Source: Bacteroidota bacterium
GTDB taxonomy: Bacteria > Bacteroidota > Bacteroidia > Chitinophagales > BACL12
Reading direction: 5' to 3'
NCBI GenBank assembly: GCA_016124275.1
Contig: WGOA01000052.1
Coordinates: 7,440-71,439 of the forward strand
DNA: 64,000 nt
Below the pieces are notes generated by a model that was not told where the DNA came from, made no database searches, and worked only from the letters and a program-made list of their open reading frames with translations. The position numbers were made by a program, and so were the translations under genes. Below are positions 1 through 9,744 of the stretch, piece after piece. Positions within the stretch are counted from its first letter, which is position 1; every line of letters begins with the position of its first letter.

Positions 1-1
1 T

Positions 2-463
2 GCTGCAGAGCGGCAAGCTCTTTTCGACCTAAAGCGCTACCTGCCTGATGACCTGCTGGTTAAAGTGGACCGCGCCAGCATGCGATCTTCGCTTGAAGTG
101 CGGGTGCCTTTGCTGGACCATCGCCTGGTTTCATATGCGCTCAATCTGCCTGCGGCATTGCGCAGCCACAACGGTGTCAGCAAGAGACTCCTCAAGCAGA
201 TCCTCTACCAGTATGTTCCCGCGTCGGTTTTTGCCCGTCCCAAATGGGGTTTTGGCATCCCGCTCGGTGATTGGCTCAAGGGTCAATGGAAGGAGCGCAT
301 TCCGCAATACCTGAATAAAGACCTGGTTGAAGAAGCCGGTTTGGTCCATTTCTCCGAAGTGGAGCGGCTGCTGAAGCTTTTCGCACGGGGCCATAGTCAT
401 TTGTATGTTCGAATTTGGCTTTTGCTCTTGCTGCACAAATGGTATGCGGAGAAATTTCGATAA
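2..463 (+). CDS. asnB: Asparagine synthase (glutamine-hydrolysing) family amidotransferase, C-terminal part (runs off the window 5' end)
   Basis: Open from base 2: ...[31 protein letters not shown]...RPKWGFGIP, typical Asn_synthase C-terminal motifs. Confidence 0.9.
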   Translation, partial: AAERQALFDLKRYLPDDLLVKVDRASMRSSLEVRVPLLDHRLVSYALNLPAALRSHNGVSKRLLKQILYQYVPASVFARPKWGFGIPLGDWLKGQWKERIPQYLNKDLVEEAGLVHFSEVERLLKLFARGHSHLYVRIWLLLLLHKWYAEKFR

Positions 464-510
464 GCCTTTGCATACCACAAACCCAAACGCCAAGCCCTAA
501 ATTTGCCCCA

Positions 511-2460
511 ATGTGCGGAATATCCGGAGTATGGGTTTTGTCGGGCGAAGGGCAGCGCGTCCTGGAGCAACTTCCGCAAGCAACCCGGGCCTTAGCGCGC
601 CGTGGCCCCGATGATGAGGGCCACTTCTACCACAACCGCTGCGGGTTGGGCCATCGGCGTCTGAGCATCCTGGACACCAGCAGCGCCGGCCATCAACCCA
701 TGACCGATCCGGAAGGGCGTTTCACCCTGGTGTTCAATGGCGAGATCTTCAACTTTCGCACGTTGCGTTCTGAACTGGAGGCATTCGGCCATACTTTTCA
801 TTCTGGAGGAGATACCGAAGTGCTGCTGCGGGCCTTTCGCCAGTGGGGGCCGCAGGCCTTGCATCGCCTGAACGGTTTTTTCGCCCTGGCGCTGTATGAT
901 CGCGAGAACGAGTCGCTGTTCCTTGCCCGCGACCGCATGGGCATTAAGCCCCTGTTGTACGCCGAGCACAGCGGCGCGCTCGTCTTTGCCTCCGAAATGA
1001 AGGCCTTGTACTCGTTGGGCTTGCCCCGTGAACTGGATACCATTTCGCTCTACCAGTACCTGCAACTCAACTACCTGCCCGACAGCGGCGGCATTTACCG
1101 CGGCCTCAAACGGCTGGAACCGGGCTGCTGTTTGCATGTGCAAGGTCAGGAAGTCCGCTTGGAACGCTGGTGGACCTTGCCGGAGGCGGGCAGCGACGTT
1201 AGTGAACAACCCGGTGATCCTGCTGCGGCGGCGCAACAACTTCCCCCGCAAGACTATGCCGGCCAGCAGAAAAGGCTGCGCGAATTGCTGGAGGACGCTG
1301 TGCAGCTTCGCCTCGTTGCCGATGTGCCACTTGGTGCTTTTTTGAGCGGCGGCATTGACTCATCTGTGATTGTTGCCCTGGCTTCAAAGCACGTCAAGCA
1401 GCTTTCCACGTTTTCCATTGGCTACCGCGATGAGCCTTTTTACGACGAGACCAGTTACGCGGAAAAGGTAGCGGAGAAGTACAAAACGAATCATACGGTT
1501 TTCTCGCTGAGCAATGACGATTTGTTCGCGCACCTGCACGACACGCTGGATCAGTTTGATCAGCCCTTCGCCGATTCTTCGGCGTTGGCCGTGAGCATCC
1601 TAAGCCGTGAAACCAGAAAGAGAGTTACGGTTTCGCTGAGCGGTGATGGTGCTGATGAGTTGTTCGGCGGTTACCACAAGCACATGGGCCACCTGCGGGT
1701 TGAACAAGGAGGAGCCGCCGCCGCGCTCGTGGGCGTCGCAGGACCGCTATTGAACCGCATGCCACAGAGCCGGCAGAGCCCGTTGGGCAATCGGCTGCGC
1801 CAGTTGGCCCGTTTTGCCGAAGGCCGCGCCATGACACCGGCCAACCGTTACTGGCGTTGGTGCGGTTATGCTCCGGAAGCGGAGGCCCTTCGCCTGCTGG
1901 CTCCTGCATGGAAGGAGCAGGTCAGGCAACACCAAACCGACTACCTGGCCCGCAAATTATACCTCACCCGAGCCTTTGACCACGCCACCGGGCTTGCCCC
2001 GGTCTTGACCTCTGACCAGCGCATGGTGCTTCCCGGCGACATGCTGCACAAAGTGGACAGCATGTCCATGGCGCACAGTTTAGAGGTGCGCGTTCCCTTT
2101 CTGGATCACCGCGTGGTGGATTTTGCGGCTCGCCTGCCGGAAAGCAGCAAAATCAGCGGCGGCATCAAAAAGCGCATCGTCCAGGATGCCTTTCGCGACC
2201 TGCTGCCCCCCGAGCTCTACAACCGACCCAAACACGGCTTTGAAGTACCCCTACTCAAATGGTTTCGCGGCGAATTGCGCTCCTGGATCGCTGACGATCT
2301 CTTAAGCGAGGCCTACATCCGCGACCAGGGCATCTTTGATGCTCAAGCCATCCGCCAACTCAAAGAAAAGCTCTTCAGCCCCAGCCCCGGCGATGTCCAC
2401 GCACGCATTTGGGGGTTGATCGTGTTCCAATATTGGTGGCGAAAATGGCACTTGGCCTGA
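511..2460 (+). CDS. asnB: Asparagine synthase (glutamine-hydrolysing) family amidotransferase
   Basis: ATG at 511 gives MCGI (Ntn Cys nucleophile); RRGPD, GHRRLSI, FNGEIFN, RDRMGIKPL, LSGGIDSS, SGDGADELFGGY, SLEVRVPFLD. Confidence 0.95.
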   Translation: MCGISGVWVLSGEGQRVLEQLPQATRALARRGPDDEGHFYHNRCGLGHRRLSILDTSSAGHQPMTDPEGRFTLVFNGEIFNFRTLRSELEAFGHTFHSGGDTEVLLRAFRQWGPQALHRLNGFFALALYDRENESLFLARDRMGIKPLLYAEHSGALVFASEMKALYSLGLPRELDTISLYQYLQLNYLPDSGGIYRGLKRLEPGCCLHVQGQEVRLERWWTLPEAGSDVSEQPGDPAAAAQQLPPQDYAGQQKRLRELLEDAVQLRLVADVPLGAFLSGGIDSSVIVALASKHVKQLSTFSIGYRDEPFYDETSYAEKVAEKYKTNHTVFSLSNDDLFAHLHDTLDQFDQPFADSSALAVSILSRETRKRVTVSLSGDGADELFGGYHKHMGHLRVEQGGAAAALVGVAGPLLNRMPQSRQSPLGNRLRQLARFAEGRAMTPANRYWRWCGYAPEAEALRLLAPAWKEQVRQHQTDYLARKLYLTRAFDHATGLAPVLTSDQRMVLPGDMLHKVDSMSMAHSLEVRVPFLDHRVVDFAARLPESSKISGGIKKRIVQDAFRDLLPPELYNRPKHGFEVPLLKWFRGELRSWIADDLLSEAYIRDQGIFDAQAIRQLKEKLFSPSPGDVHARIWGLIVFQYWWRKWHLA

Positions 2461-2481
2461 GCGGCAGTTTATCTTTACCCC

Positions 2482-3699
2482 ATGCCCCGCGTCCTTCGCA
2501 TCATTAACCGGCTCAACCTCGGTGGCCCCACGTTCAACGCGTCGTACCTGACCCGTTATCTGGCCCCGGAGTACGAAACGTTGCTCGTTTCCGGCATGAA
2601 AGACGATTCCGAAGCCTCCAGTGAGTTCATTCCCCATAGCTTGGGCATAGAGCCGCGTTTTGTGCAGCACATGCAGCGCGAATTGAGCCCGCAAAAGGAT
2701 TATCTGGCTTATCGCGAATTGCGCAGCATCATCCGCGAGTTTAAGCCCGACATCGTGCACACGCACGCGGCCAAGCCAGGAACGGTAGGCCGTCTGGCAG
2801 CCTTTCACGAAGGGGTACCCGTAGTGCTGCATACGTTTCACGGCCATGTTTTTCACTCCTATTTCGGGCCCGGCAAAACGCGGGTGTTCCTTGAAATTGA
2901 GCGTTACCTGGCCCGTAAAAGCAGCGGCATTATCGCCATAAGCCCGAGCCAGAAGCAGGAACTGAGCCGCAATTTTCGCATCACCACCGAAGACCGCATC
3001 CACGTGGTGCCCCTGGGTTTTGACCTGGACCGTTTCCGCAGCGATCGCGACCAAAAGCGCACGGCCTTTCGCGAGCGCTACAAGTTGCAACCTGGCGACG
3101 TCGCAGTGGGCATCGTCGGGCGTTTGGTGCCGGTCAAGCAACACGGGTTGTTCCTCAAGGCTTTTGCTGACGCCGAGGGCCGCTACCGGGCCCAAAACCC
3201 GGCTGGCCGCCTCGTCGCCTTCCTCATCGGCGACGGCGAAAGCCGCGCAGCCGTTGAGACCCAGTGCCGTGAAAACCAGCTCGCTTTTACCGCCGCCCAT
3301 GACGATCAGCCTCCGCTACCCGCCATAGAAACACCTGTGGTTTTCACCAGCTGGATCAAGGACGTGGACCGGGCCTTCGCCGGCCTGGACATCATAGCGC
3401 TGAGTTCGCTCAATGAAGGAACCCCGGTAAGCCTGATCGAAGCGCTCGCCGCAGGAAAGCCGCTGGTCAGCACCGATGTTGGGGGCATCCGCGACATCCT
3501 TCCCCCGGAATTCCTGACTTACCTTATTGAAAAATCGGATCACGCCGGCTTCGCCGATCGTCTGTTGGCACTGGCTTCAGACGCTGAACTGCGCGCCACG
3601 CTTGGCCGTACTGGCGAGCAGGAAGTCTTTGAGCGTTTTGGCTACCAGCGCCTGGTGCGCGATGTGGCTTCGCTTTATGAGCAACTGCTGGCCCGCTAA
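2482..3699 (+). CDS. Glycosyltransferase family 4 (GT-B)
   Basis: NRLNLGGP, PDIVHTHAAK, HTFHGH, VGRLVPVK, SLNEGTPVSLIEA (EX7E), TDVGG. Confidence 0.92.
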   Translation: MPRVLRIINRLNLGGPTFNASYLTRYLAPEYETLLVSGMKDDSEASSEFIPHSLGIEPRFVQHMQRELSPQKDYLAYRELRSIIREFKPDIVHTHAAKPGTVGRLAAFHEGVPVVLHTFHGHVFHSYFGPGKTRVFLEIERYLARKSSGIIAISPSQKQELSRNFRITTEDRIHVVPLGFDLDRFRSDRDQKRTAFRERYKLQPGDVAVGIVGRLVPVKQHGLFLKAFADAEGRYRAQNPAGRLVAFLIGDGESRAAVETQCRENQLAFTAAHDDQPPLPAIETPVVFTSWIKDVDRAFAGLDIIALSSLNEGTPVSLIEALAAGKPLVSTDVGGIRDILPPEFLTYLIEKSDHAGFADRLLALASDAELRATLGRTGEQEVFERFGYQRLVRDVASLYEQLLAR

Positions 3700-3722
3700 T
3701 CCTGATCTCTTACCTTTATCCC

Positions 3723-4118
3723 ATGACCTGGCTTGCTGTAGCATTTGGCGGCGCAATTGGCTCTATGTTGCGCTACGGCGTTAGCCTCGCGGCGCTGCAG
3801 GGTTACCTCGGCAACCCCAATGCCGCCTTTCCGCTGGGCACTTTCCTGATCAATGTGCTTGGCTCCTTCCTCATGGGCTTGCTCTGGGGCTGGCAGAGCG
3901 CGCAACCGGACGCGTGGTCACCGGTGCAACGCGGGGCAGTCTTTAGCGGCCTGCTCGGCGGCTTCACCACCTTCTCGGCCTTCTCATTGGAAGGGCTCCA
4001 GTTGTTCCGCGCGGGCCATCAGAACATGGCGCTGGCATATCTAGGTGGAAGTGTCCTCTTGGGCACTGCAGCTGCAGCACTCGGATTCTGGCTGGGGCAG
4101 CGTTGGGCGGCGGGGTAA
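3723..4118 (+). CDS. crcB: Fluoride efflux channel CrcB/FluC
   Basis: GGAIGSMLRY, FPLGTFLINVLGSF, GLLGGFTTFSAF signature; 4 hydrophobic helices. Confidence 0.95.
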   Translation: MTWLAVAFGGAIGSMLRYGVSLAALQGYLGNPNAAFPLGTFLINVLGSFLMGLLWGWQSAQPDAWSPVQRGAVFSGLLGGFTTFSAFSLEGLQLFRAGHQNMALAYLGGSVLLGTAAAALGFWLGQRWAAG

Positions 4119-4130
4119 GACGAGTGGCAT

Positions 4131-4949
4131 TCAAGGCAACGAGTTCTTAAAATCCTCATACCGATCCACAAACGTTCCGCCTTCGCCGCACCCGAGCTCT
4201 TCCCAAAAACCGAGGATGTCCTCAACGCGGTTATCCGGGTCTGGGTGGCTGGATAAAAACTGCGGTGGGGTAGGCGTACCCGCCGCCACCAACTTTTCAA
4301 AGAAGCGGGCAGCGCCCCGTGCATCGTATTCCGTGCCGCAGAGGTAGCGCACCGAGTACTCATCGCTTTGCTCTTCGTGGTTGCGGCTAAACTTGAGCAC
4401 CACCAGCGATGCGGCAATGTCCGTCAGGCTGCTGCTGCTGTTGCCCAGCACAATGCCGAGCAGCAACTGAATGCCGTAGAGCTGGGTCAACTGATCAGTG
4501 CTGTGGCGGAGGGCGGCATGGGCAATTTCGTGGCCCATCACACCGGCCAACTGATCTTCGGAATCCAAATACTTGACCAAACCGGTATAGACGTAGATGT
4601 AACCGCCGGGTGTGCAAAAAGCGTTCAACACCTCATCGTCTTCAATCAACTTCACCTCCCAGGCAAAGGCGGCCTCGTTGTCCACCTCGGCATTGTCCAG
4701 AATTTCATCGCGGATGCGGCGCAGATGCCCATAGGCCTCCGGATACAGCCCTTCCGACAAAATTGGGTAAGTAGCCGGATCCGCTTCAATTTCATCGCTG
4801 ACCTGCATGCCCAGATCGATGTCGTCCTGTACCGAAAACAGGTTGATGCCGCCGCCGTCTTTCTTGCAGGAAGAAGACACAGCAGCAATCAAAAGCAGGG
4901 ACAGCAATGCGCTGCTCCATTTTGGGCGAAGGGTATTGGTGGTTATCAC
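4131..4949 (-). CDS. M48 family zinc metalloprotease, probable lipoprotein
   Basis: Lipobox-like VSSSC; NAFCTPGG, GHEIAH (HEXXH), FSRNHEEQSD, FLSSHP; start uncertain (GTG 4949 or TTG 4997). Confidence 0.88.
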   Translation of the reverse strand: MITTNTLRPKWSSALLSLLLIAAVSSSCKKDGGGINLFSVQDDIDLGMQVSDEIEADPATYPILSEGLYPEAYGHLRRIRDEILDNAEVDNEAAFAWEVKLIEDDEVLNAFCTPGGYIYVYTGLVKYLDSEDQLAGVMGHEIAHAALRHSTDQLTQLYGIQLLLGIVLGNSSSSLTDIAASLVVLKFSRNHEEQSDEYSVRYLCGTEYDARGAARFFEKLVAAGTPTPPQFLSSHPDPDNRVEDILGFWEELGCGEGGTFVDRYEDFKNSLP

Positions 4950-5030
4950 AGCGTTAAAACTACTCCGATAAAGTCTATGCTTGGGAAAGGCTAACAAACG
5001 TCGGCCAGTTGGCTACACAAATGCCACGGC

Positions 5031-6173
5031 TTAATCCGGCCTGACCCAATCTGCATAATTGCCTGGATGGATCAGCCGGAATTCAGCTTCCGGATAGGTC
5101 TGCGCCCAGGCAACGGGAGTTTTGGGCTTTTTTTCGGCGTTCCATTTGAATTCGTAGGCGAAAAGTTGGCCTTCGCGTTCTTCTACCCAATCAATTTCCT
5201 GTTGATCATAGGTTCTCCAGAAATAATTACTGGAAAATACATTGTGGTAATTTTGAAACTTAATGCGTTCGCTGATCATGTAGTTTTCCCACAGAACACC
5301 TTGGTCATTTCGGGCAGAAAGCGGATTGAAGTTGGCGATCAACGTGTTTCGTAAACCGTTATCGTGGAAATACCAGCGGCTATTTTTGGATACTTCCTTG
5401 CGCAGGTTTTTGCTGAACCCGCCAATGCGGTAGATCACAAATAATTTCGCCAATAGGTCAAGGTACTTTTCGACCGTATTTTTACTCATGTTTAATTGAC
5501 GACCCAGTTCCTGGTGCGAAACTTCCTGACCAACCTGAAAAGCGATAAGCTTTAATAACGCGAGCATTTTGTCCGAAGCCCTGATCCCGTCGATGGCCAA
5601 TATGTCTTTGAGCAGGTAGTCGTTAACCAGTTCGCGCAGGTATGCCGCTTTGCCGGTGTTGCTCATTATGCTGAGCAATTCCGGGTAGTTGCCATAAACC
5701 AGGCGGTCGTGCAACTTGTCCTTTCTTTCCAAAATGTTTTCTATGGAGTCGTACTCTTGCTCCGCCAAGGCAAAGAGATTTAACGTGATTTTACGGCCAG
5801 TTAAGGGCTCGCCTGTATGTTGCTGGAGATCAAATGATGACGAGCCTGACACCAGAATTTTCAGCCCTTCGACGTGATCTACTATCAGTTTCAGTTTGGC
5901 ACCGATGTCAGGTATTTTTTGGGCTTCATCAATCACCAACAGGCTGATGCTGCTAAAGGTGCTCTTGTAGTGAGCAATGGTCCGGCGCTCCAACAGCTCC
6001 TGAGCGGCCAGGTCCTCGCCATTCAACAGAAGGTGCGGCTCCTTGCTTTTTTTGATGATTTGCTCCAGCAACACGGTTTTGCCTACCCTCCTCGGACCGA
6101 GGAGCATAACCACTTTGTCTGTTTGGAGACCCGTAAGCACCTGGGCTTCCACAATCCTTGGTAGTAAAGGCAT
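5031..6173 (-). CDS. AAA_14 ATPase with winged-HTH and DUF4143 / PD-(D/E)xK-like C-terminus
   Basis: Walker A GPRRVGKT, Walker B LLVIDEAQ, SGSSS, LTGR; HTH-like SHQELGRQLNMSKNTVEKYLDLL; YFHDNGLRN, G.LWEN, YFWRT...EIDW...AYEFK; visibly AT-richer than flanks. Confidence 0.9.
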   Translation of the reverse strand: MPLLPRIVEAQVLTGLQTDKVVMLLGPRRVGKTVLLEQIIKKSKEPHLLLNGEDLAAQELLERRTIAHYKSTFSSISLLVIDEAQKIPDIGAKLKLIVDHVEGLKILVSGSSSFDLQQHTGEPLTGRKITLNLFALAEQEYDSIENILERKDKLHDRLVYGNYPELLSIMSNTGKAAYLRELVNDYLLKDILAIDGIRASDKMLALLKLIAFQVGQEVSHQELGRQLNMSKNTVEKYLDLLAKLFVIYRIGGFSKNLRKEVSKNSRWYFHDNGLRNTLIANFNPLSARNDQGVLWENYMISERIKFQNYHNVFSSNYFWRTYDQQEIDWVEEREGQLFAYEFKWNAEKKPKTPVAWAQTYPEAEFRLIHPGNYADWVRPD

Positions 6174-6197
6174 CTGGCTATTTTTTGGAGAAGCCCT

Positions 6198-6287
6198 CGA
6201 CGCAATTTAGCTAAATTAAGTCAATAAACTGACACTATTTAGCTAAATTTAGTCAACGTACTGACGCTATTTAGCTAAATAGCGTCA
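6198..6287. repeat. Three 26-bp palindromic units with 32-bp period (core ATTTAGCTAAAT) upstream of the DUF4143 ATPase
   Basis: CGACGCAATTTAGCTAAATTAAGTCA (6198-6223), TGACACTATTTAGCTAAATTTAGTCA (6230-6255), TGACGCTATTTAGCTAAATAGCGTCA (6262-6287, perfect palindrome); 6-bp spacers. Confidence 0.95.
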
Positions 6288-6307
6288 ATTAAAGCACCTG
6301 CGACCCC

Positions 6308-7153
6308 TCACCTCCGCCCCAGGTAAGCCGCGGTCTTTTTGACCACCAGTGCCAGGTCATCGGGCAGTTCAGCACCGGGCCAGGGGTTGGTTCCGCCAAA
6401 GCCGTGGTCGGCGCCGATGATGGTTTCCAGTTCGGAATTGGGGCTGTTTTCGTAGAGGTGCAGTGCGGCAGAATAGGGCACCACCGGGTCGGCTGTGCCG
6501 TGCACCACGAGGTAGGGCTGGTTCAGCCCGCGCAGTGCACCGTCCAGGTCCAGGCGGTCGGTGTGCGCCACAAAGTCTTCGTAGAGCTGGAAATACAGCG
6601 GCATTTGCTGCTTGGTGCGGCTGTTTTCCACGTACACCACGCCTTTTTCGCGCCAGCGGTCCACGTCATCTGCCCGAATGTAGTTGTCCAGGCTGCCCAC
6701 TCCGGCCCAACTGACCACGCGCTTAACCCGCTCGTCCTCATGGGCTTTGAGCAGGGCGGTGGCGCCACCCCGGCTGTGGCCGATCAGATTGACTTGCGCC
6801 GGGTCAATGCTAAAGGTGTGCAACTGCTCACCGGATAGCGCCCCGTCCAGCACGGTGCCCAGATCGTCGAGTTCCCGGCTGAAATTGTTGTTTCCAAAGG
6901 CTTCCAGGTCATCGAAAGCCAAGGGATTTTGTAGCGTGGTCCCGTTGTGCGAAAAATTGAATTTGATGAAAGCAAATCCGGCCTCCACAAATTCGCGGGC
7001 CACCAACTCCCAGCAGCCGTAGTCTTTGTAGCCTTTGAAACCGTGCACGAAGACCACCAAGGGGTGGTGCGGCCCTGCGTCCGGGGCGTAAACGTCTAGC
7101 AAAAACGGGCGGCCTGCGCTGCCCGATAACTGGATATTTTTTTGAACGTTCAT
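6308..7153 (-). CDS. Alpha/beta hydrolase (S9/esterase-like)
   Basis: HGFKG oxyanion motif, GHSRGG nucleophile elbow, HGTADPVVP, GADHGF. Confidence 0.88.
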   Translation of the reverse strand: MNVQKNIQLSGSAGRPFLLDVYAPDAGPHHPLVVFVHGFKGYKDYGCWELVAREFVEAGFAFIKFNFSHNGTTLQNPLAFDDLEAFGNNNFSRELDDLGTVLDGALSGEQLHTFSIDPAQVNLIGHSRGGATALLKAHEDERVKRVVSWAGVGSLDNYIRADDVDRWREKGVVYVENSRTKQQMPLYFQLYEDFVAHTDRLDLDGALRGLNQPYLVVHGTADPVVPYSAALHLYENSPNSELETIIGADHGFGGTNPWPGAELPDDLALVVKKTAAYLGRR

Positions 7154-7344
7154 AACTTTTGGCAAAAGGAAACTCCAAAATCTTGGGCCGGGCGGTGAAA
7201 CTTGCGCACAGCGCCGCGAAGGCTCTCGACTCGCGCCGCAAAGCTCGCAGGGTTGGCCCGGCTCAGCCCTGCTTCAGCCTCCAAGTTCGGCAGGGAAATC
7301 GACTTATTGAGCGCAGCGGGCTTAGCTTTGCCCAAAATTCCGGC

Positions 7345-8319
7345 ATGTCCAATGAGCTGGCCCAAATCCAGCATCCCATCCGGGAGGAGCTCGACACTTT
7401 CGAGCGCAAGTTTCGCGAGAGCGTAAAAAGCAACGTGGCCCTGCTGGACCGGGTCATGTACTACATTGTCAAACGCAAGGGCAAGCAGGTTCGCCCCATG
7501 TTTGTGATGCTTTCTGCGCAATTATGCGGAAAAATTGGGGAGCCAACCTACGTGGCCGCTTCGCTTATTGAGTTGCTGCACACAGCCACGCTGGTGCACG
7601 ACGACGTGGTGGATGACGCCTACATGCGCCGCGGTTTTTTCAGCATTAACCACCTGTGGAAGAACAAAATTGCCGTGTTGGTCGGCGATTACCTGTTGTC
7701 CAAGGGCCTGCTGCTCAGCTTAGAATCCGGCCAAACGCAAATTCTGCAAATCACCTCTACAGCCGTGCTCGAAATGGCTGAAGGCGAGCTGCTGCAGATG
7801 GAAAAGGCCCGGAAACTGGACATTCAGGAGTCCATTTACTTTGACATCATCAGGCGAAAAACGGCATCGCTCATCGCGGCCAGTTGCGCGGCGGGTGCCG
7901 CTTCCACCATCACCGATGCGGAAACCATCGAACGGCTGCGTCAATTCGGTGAGCTGATCGGCATCGCGTTTCAAATCAAAGACGACCTGTTCGACTACGG
8001 TCCCGACGACGTCGGCAAGCCCACCGGCATCGACATCAAGGAGCGCAAAATGACCTTGCCGCTGATCTACGCCTTGAGCAAGGCCAACCGCAGCGATAAG
8101 CGACGGATCATTTCGCTCGTCAAAGGGGGAGGGGACGACCGCGAAAAAGTGAACGAAGTGATCGGTTTTGTGCAGGCCAGCGGCGGCATGGATTACGCGC
8201 GGCAGGCCATGTACCAATACCAGGAACGCGCCTTTGTGTTGTTGCGCGAATTTGACCCTTCGCCCACCCGCGATTCGCTGGAGCAATTGGTGCGTTACGT
8301 GACGGAGCGGGAAAAGTAA
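7345..8319 (+). CDS. Polyprenyl (octaprenyl-type) diphosphate synthase
   Basis: GKQVRP, ELLHTATLVHDDVVD..RRG, VLVGDYL, KTASL, FQIKDDLFD, GKPTGIDIKE; ATG at 7345. Confidence 0.93.
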   Translation: MSNELAQIQHPIREELDTFERKFRESVKSNVALLDRVMYYIVKRKGKQVRPMFVMLSAQLCGKIGEPTYVAASLIELLHTATLVHDDVVDDAYMRRGFFSINHLWKNKIAVLVGDYLLSKGLLLSLESGQTQILQITSTAVLEMAEGELLQMEKARKLDIQESIYFDIIRRKTASLIAASCAAGAASTITDAETIERLRQFGELIGIAFQIKDDLFDYGPDDVGKPTGIDIKERKMTLPLIYALSKANRSDKRRIISLVKGGGDDREKVNEVIGFVQASGGMDYARQAMYQYQERAFVLLREFDPSPTRDSLEQLVRYVTEREK

Positions 8320-8386
8320 ACGCGCAAAGTAAACGCGCAAAGACGGCGGCCTAACAATCGGCCTACCCACGAGCGCAAGGCTAGCC

Positions 8387-9688
8387 TCAGCCCTTCACCA
8401 ATTTGGGCAGCGTAAAACAGAAGGTCGTCCCTTCGCCGGGGCTGCTTTCGGCCCAGATGCGGCCGCCATGGCGCTCCACAATTTTCTTGCACACCGCCAG
8501 ACCGATGCCCGCGCCTTCGTATTCGTCGCGGTTGTGCAGGCGGCGGAAGATGCCAAAGATCTTGTCCATGCCGTCTTCGGGAATGCCGATGCCGTTGTCG
8601 CGCACGCTGAATTTCCAATGGTCGCCGCCCGAAGCCGGATCCACTTCGCCCTCAATGCGAATCATGGGCTGGGCGCTGGTGTTGAATTTTATGCCGTTGC
8701 TGACCAGGTTCTGGAAAAGTTGGCCCAGTTGCACCGCGTTGCCGCGCACCACAGGCAGTTCGCCGAAGATCACTTCAACCTGCCGCTCCTGAATCTGGTT
8801 GGCCAGGTTGCGCAGCACGCCTTCCAGAATTTCGTGCACCGACACTGTTTCCAGGTCCTTCTGCCCGCGACTGTCCAGGCTGCTGTAATCCAGCAGGCCC
8901 GTGATCAGCGCTTCCATGCGCCGCGAGCCCTGCACGATGTATTCCATGAACTCCTGGCCTTCCTCATCAATGGAAGGGCCGTGGCGGCGCTGCAACAGTT
9001 GCGCAAAACTGATGATGGTTCGAATGGGCTCCTTGAGGTCATGTGCAGCGATGTACGCGAATTGCTCCAGTTCCAGGTTGGTGGAAATGTAGCGGTTCAG
9101 CTCCGCATTGGTGCGGGCCATATCAGCGGCGCGGCGTTCCGCACTGGCGCGCTGCAACTTCAGCGCACTGATGTCGCGGGTTACCTGCAAGCCACCGGTA
9201 ACATCGCCTTCGGTATCCCGGATCGGAACCAGGTCAACCTGGTAAAAGCGGCCCTGGTCTTCAACTTCCTTGCTAAAGGTCTGACCCCGGAGCGTGCCCC
9301 GAAAATGCGCTTCCCATTGCCGCCAGCCCCGGCCATCGGGCAGGAGATCGAGCACACTGCGGCCAACAATGTCTGATGAATGGTAGCCAAGGGTATCCAA
9401 CAGCGGTCCTTCGGCCATTTGAAAGCGCAGTTGCCGGTCAAAGGCCACCACAAAGGTGTCCGGGAGAAGGGCAGGCAGCGCCTGGTAGAAGGGTAGTGTT
9501 TTTTCCAACTGTCTGAATTCCAACGCCATAAGCGCTTTTTGGGCTTCCAGTTCTGCAATACGGCACTGGAGCCTGCTGATCTCAGCAGCCAGAAGTGTGG
9601 CATGGTCTGGCTCGGATTCGCTGGCGTCCTGGTGGTGGTTGGGCAGCGCTCCGGTCAAAATGCCTGGGTTTGGGCGCGAAAAGGGCAT
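8387..9688 (-). CDS. Soluble PAS-domain sensor histidine kinase
   Basis: PAS/PAC (VTRDIS), H-box FAYIAAHDLKEP, N-box QLFQNLVSNGIKF, VRDNGIGI, GAGIGLAVCKKIVERHGG. Confidence 0.92.
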   Translation of the reverse strand: MPFSRPNPGILTGALPNHHQDASESEPDHATLLAAEISRLQCRIAELEAQKALMALEFRQLEKTLPFYQALPALLPDTFVVAFDRQLRFQMAEGPLLDTLGYHSSDIVGRSVLDLLPDGRGWRQWEAHFRGTLRGQTFSKEVEDQGRFYQVDLVPIRDTEGDVTGGLQVTRDISALKLQRASAERRAADMARTNAELNRYISTNLELEQFAYIAAHDLKEPIRTIISFAQLLQRRHGPSIDEEGQEFMEYIVQGSRRMEALITGLLDYSSLDSRGQKDLETVSVHEILEGVLRNLANQIQERQVEVIFGELPVVRGNAVQLGQLFQNLVSNGIKFNTSAQPMIRIEGEVDPASGGDHWKFSVRDNGIGIPEDGMDKIFGIFRRLHNRDEYEGAGIGLAVCKKIVERHGGRIWAESSPGEGTTFCFTLPKLVKG

Positions 9689-9744
9689 GGCGTAGTTCGT
9701 TATACCCGGGTTCCGGGCATAAGGTTACGTTTGGTGCAACTTTT

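Noticed and set aside
3700-3722. Fluoride riboswitch upstream of crcB
   Set aside because: The gap is only 23 bp and lacks the aptamer motif
6198-6287. Possible mini-CRISPR array
   Set aside because: Spacers are only 6 bp, the units are degenerate and no cas genes are present; kept as an operator-like repeat instead
8313-8342. 13-bp tandem duplication AAAGTAAACGCGC at the polyprenyl synthase stop
   Set aside because: Two copies only; most simply a slippage duplication
8387-9688. Orphan histidine kinase without a response regulator
   Set aside because: Common in Bacteroidota; nothing unusual in its domain content
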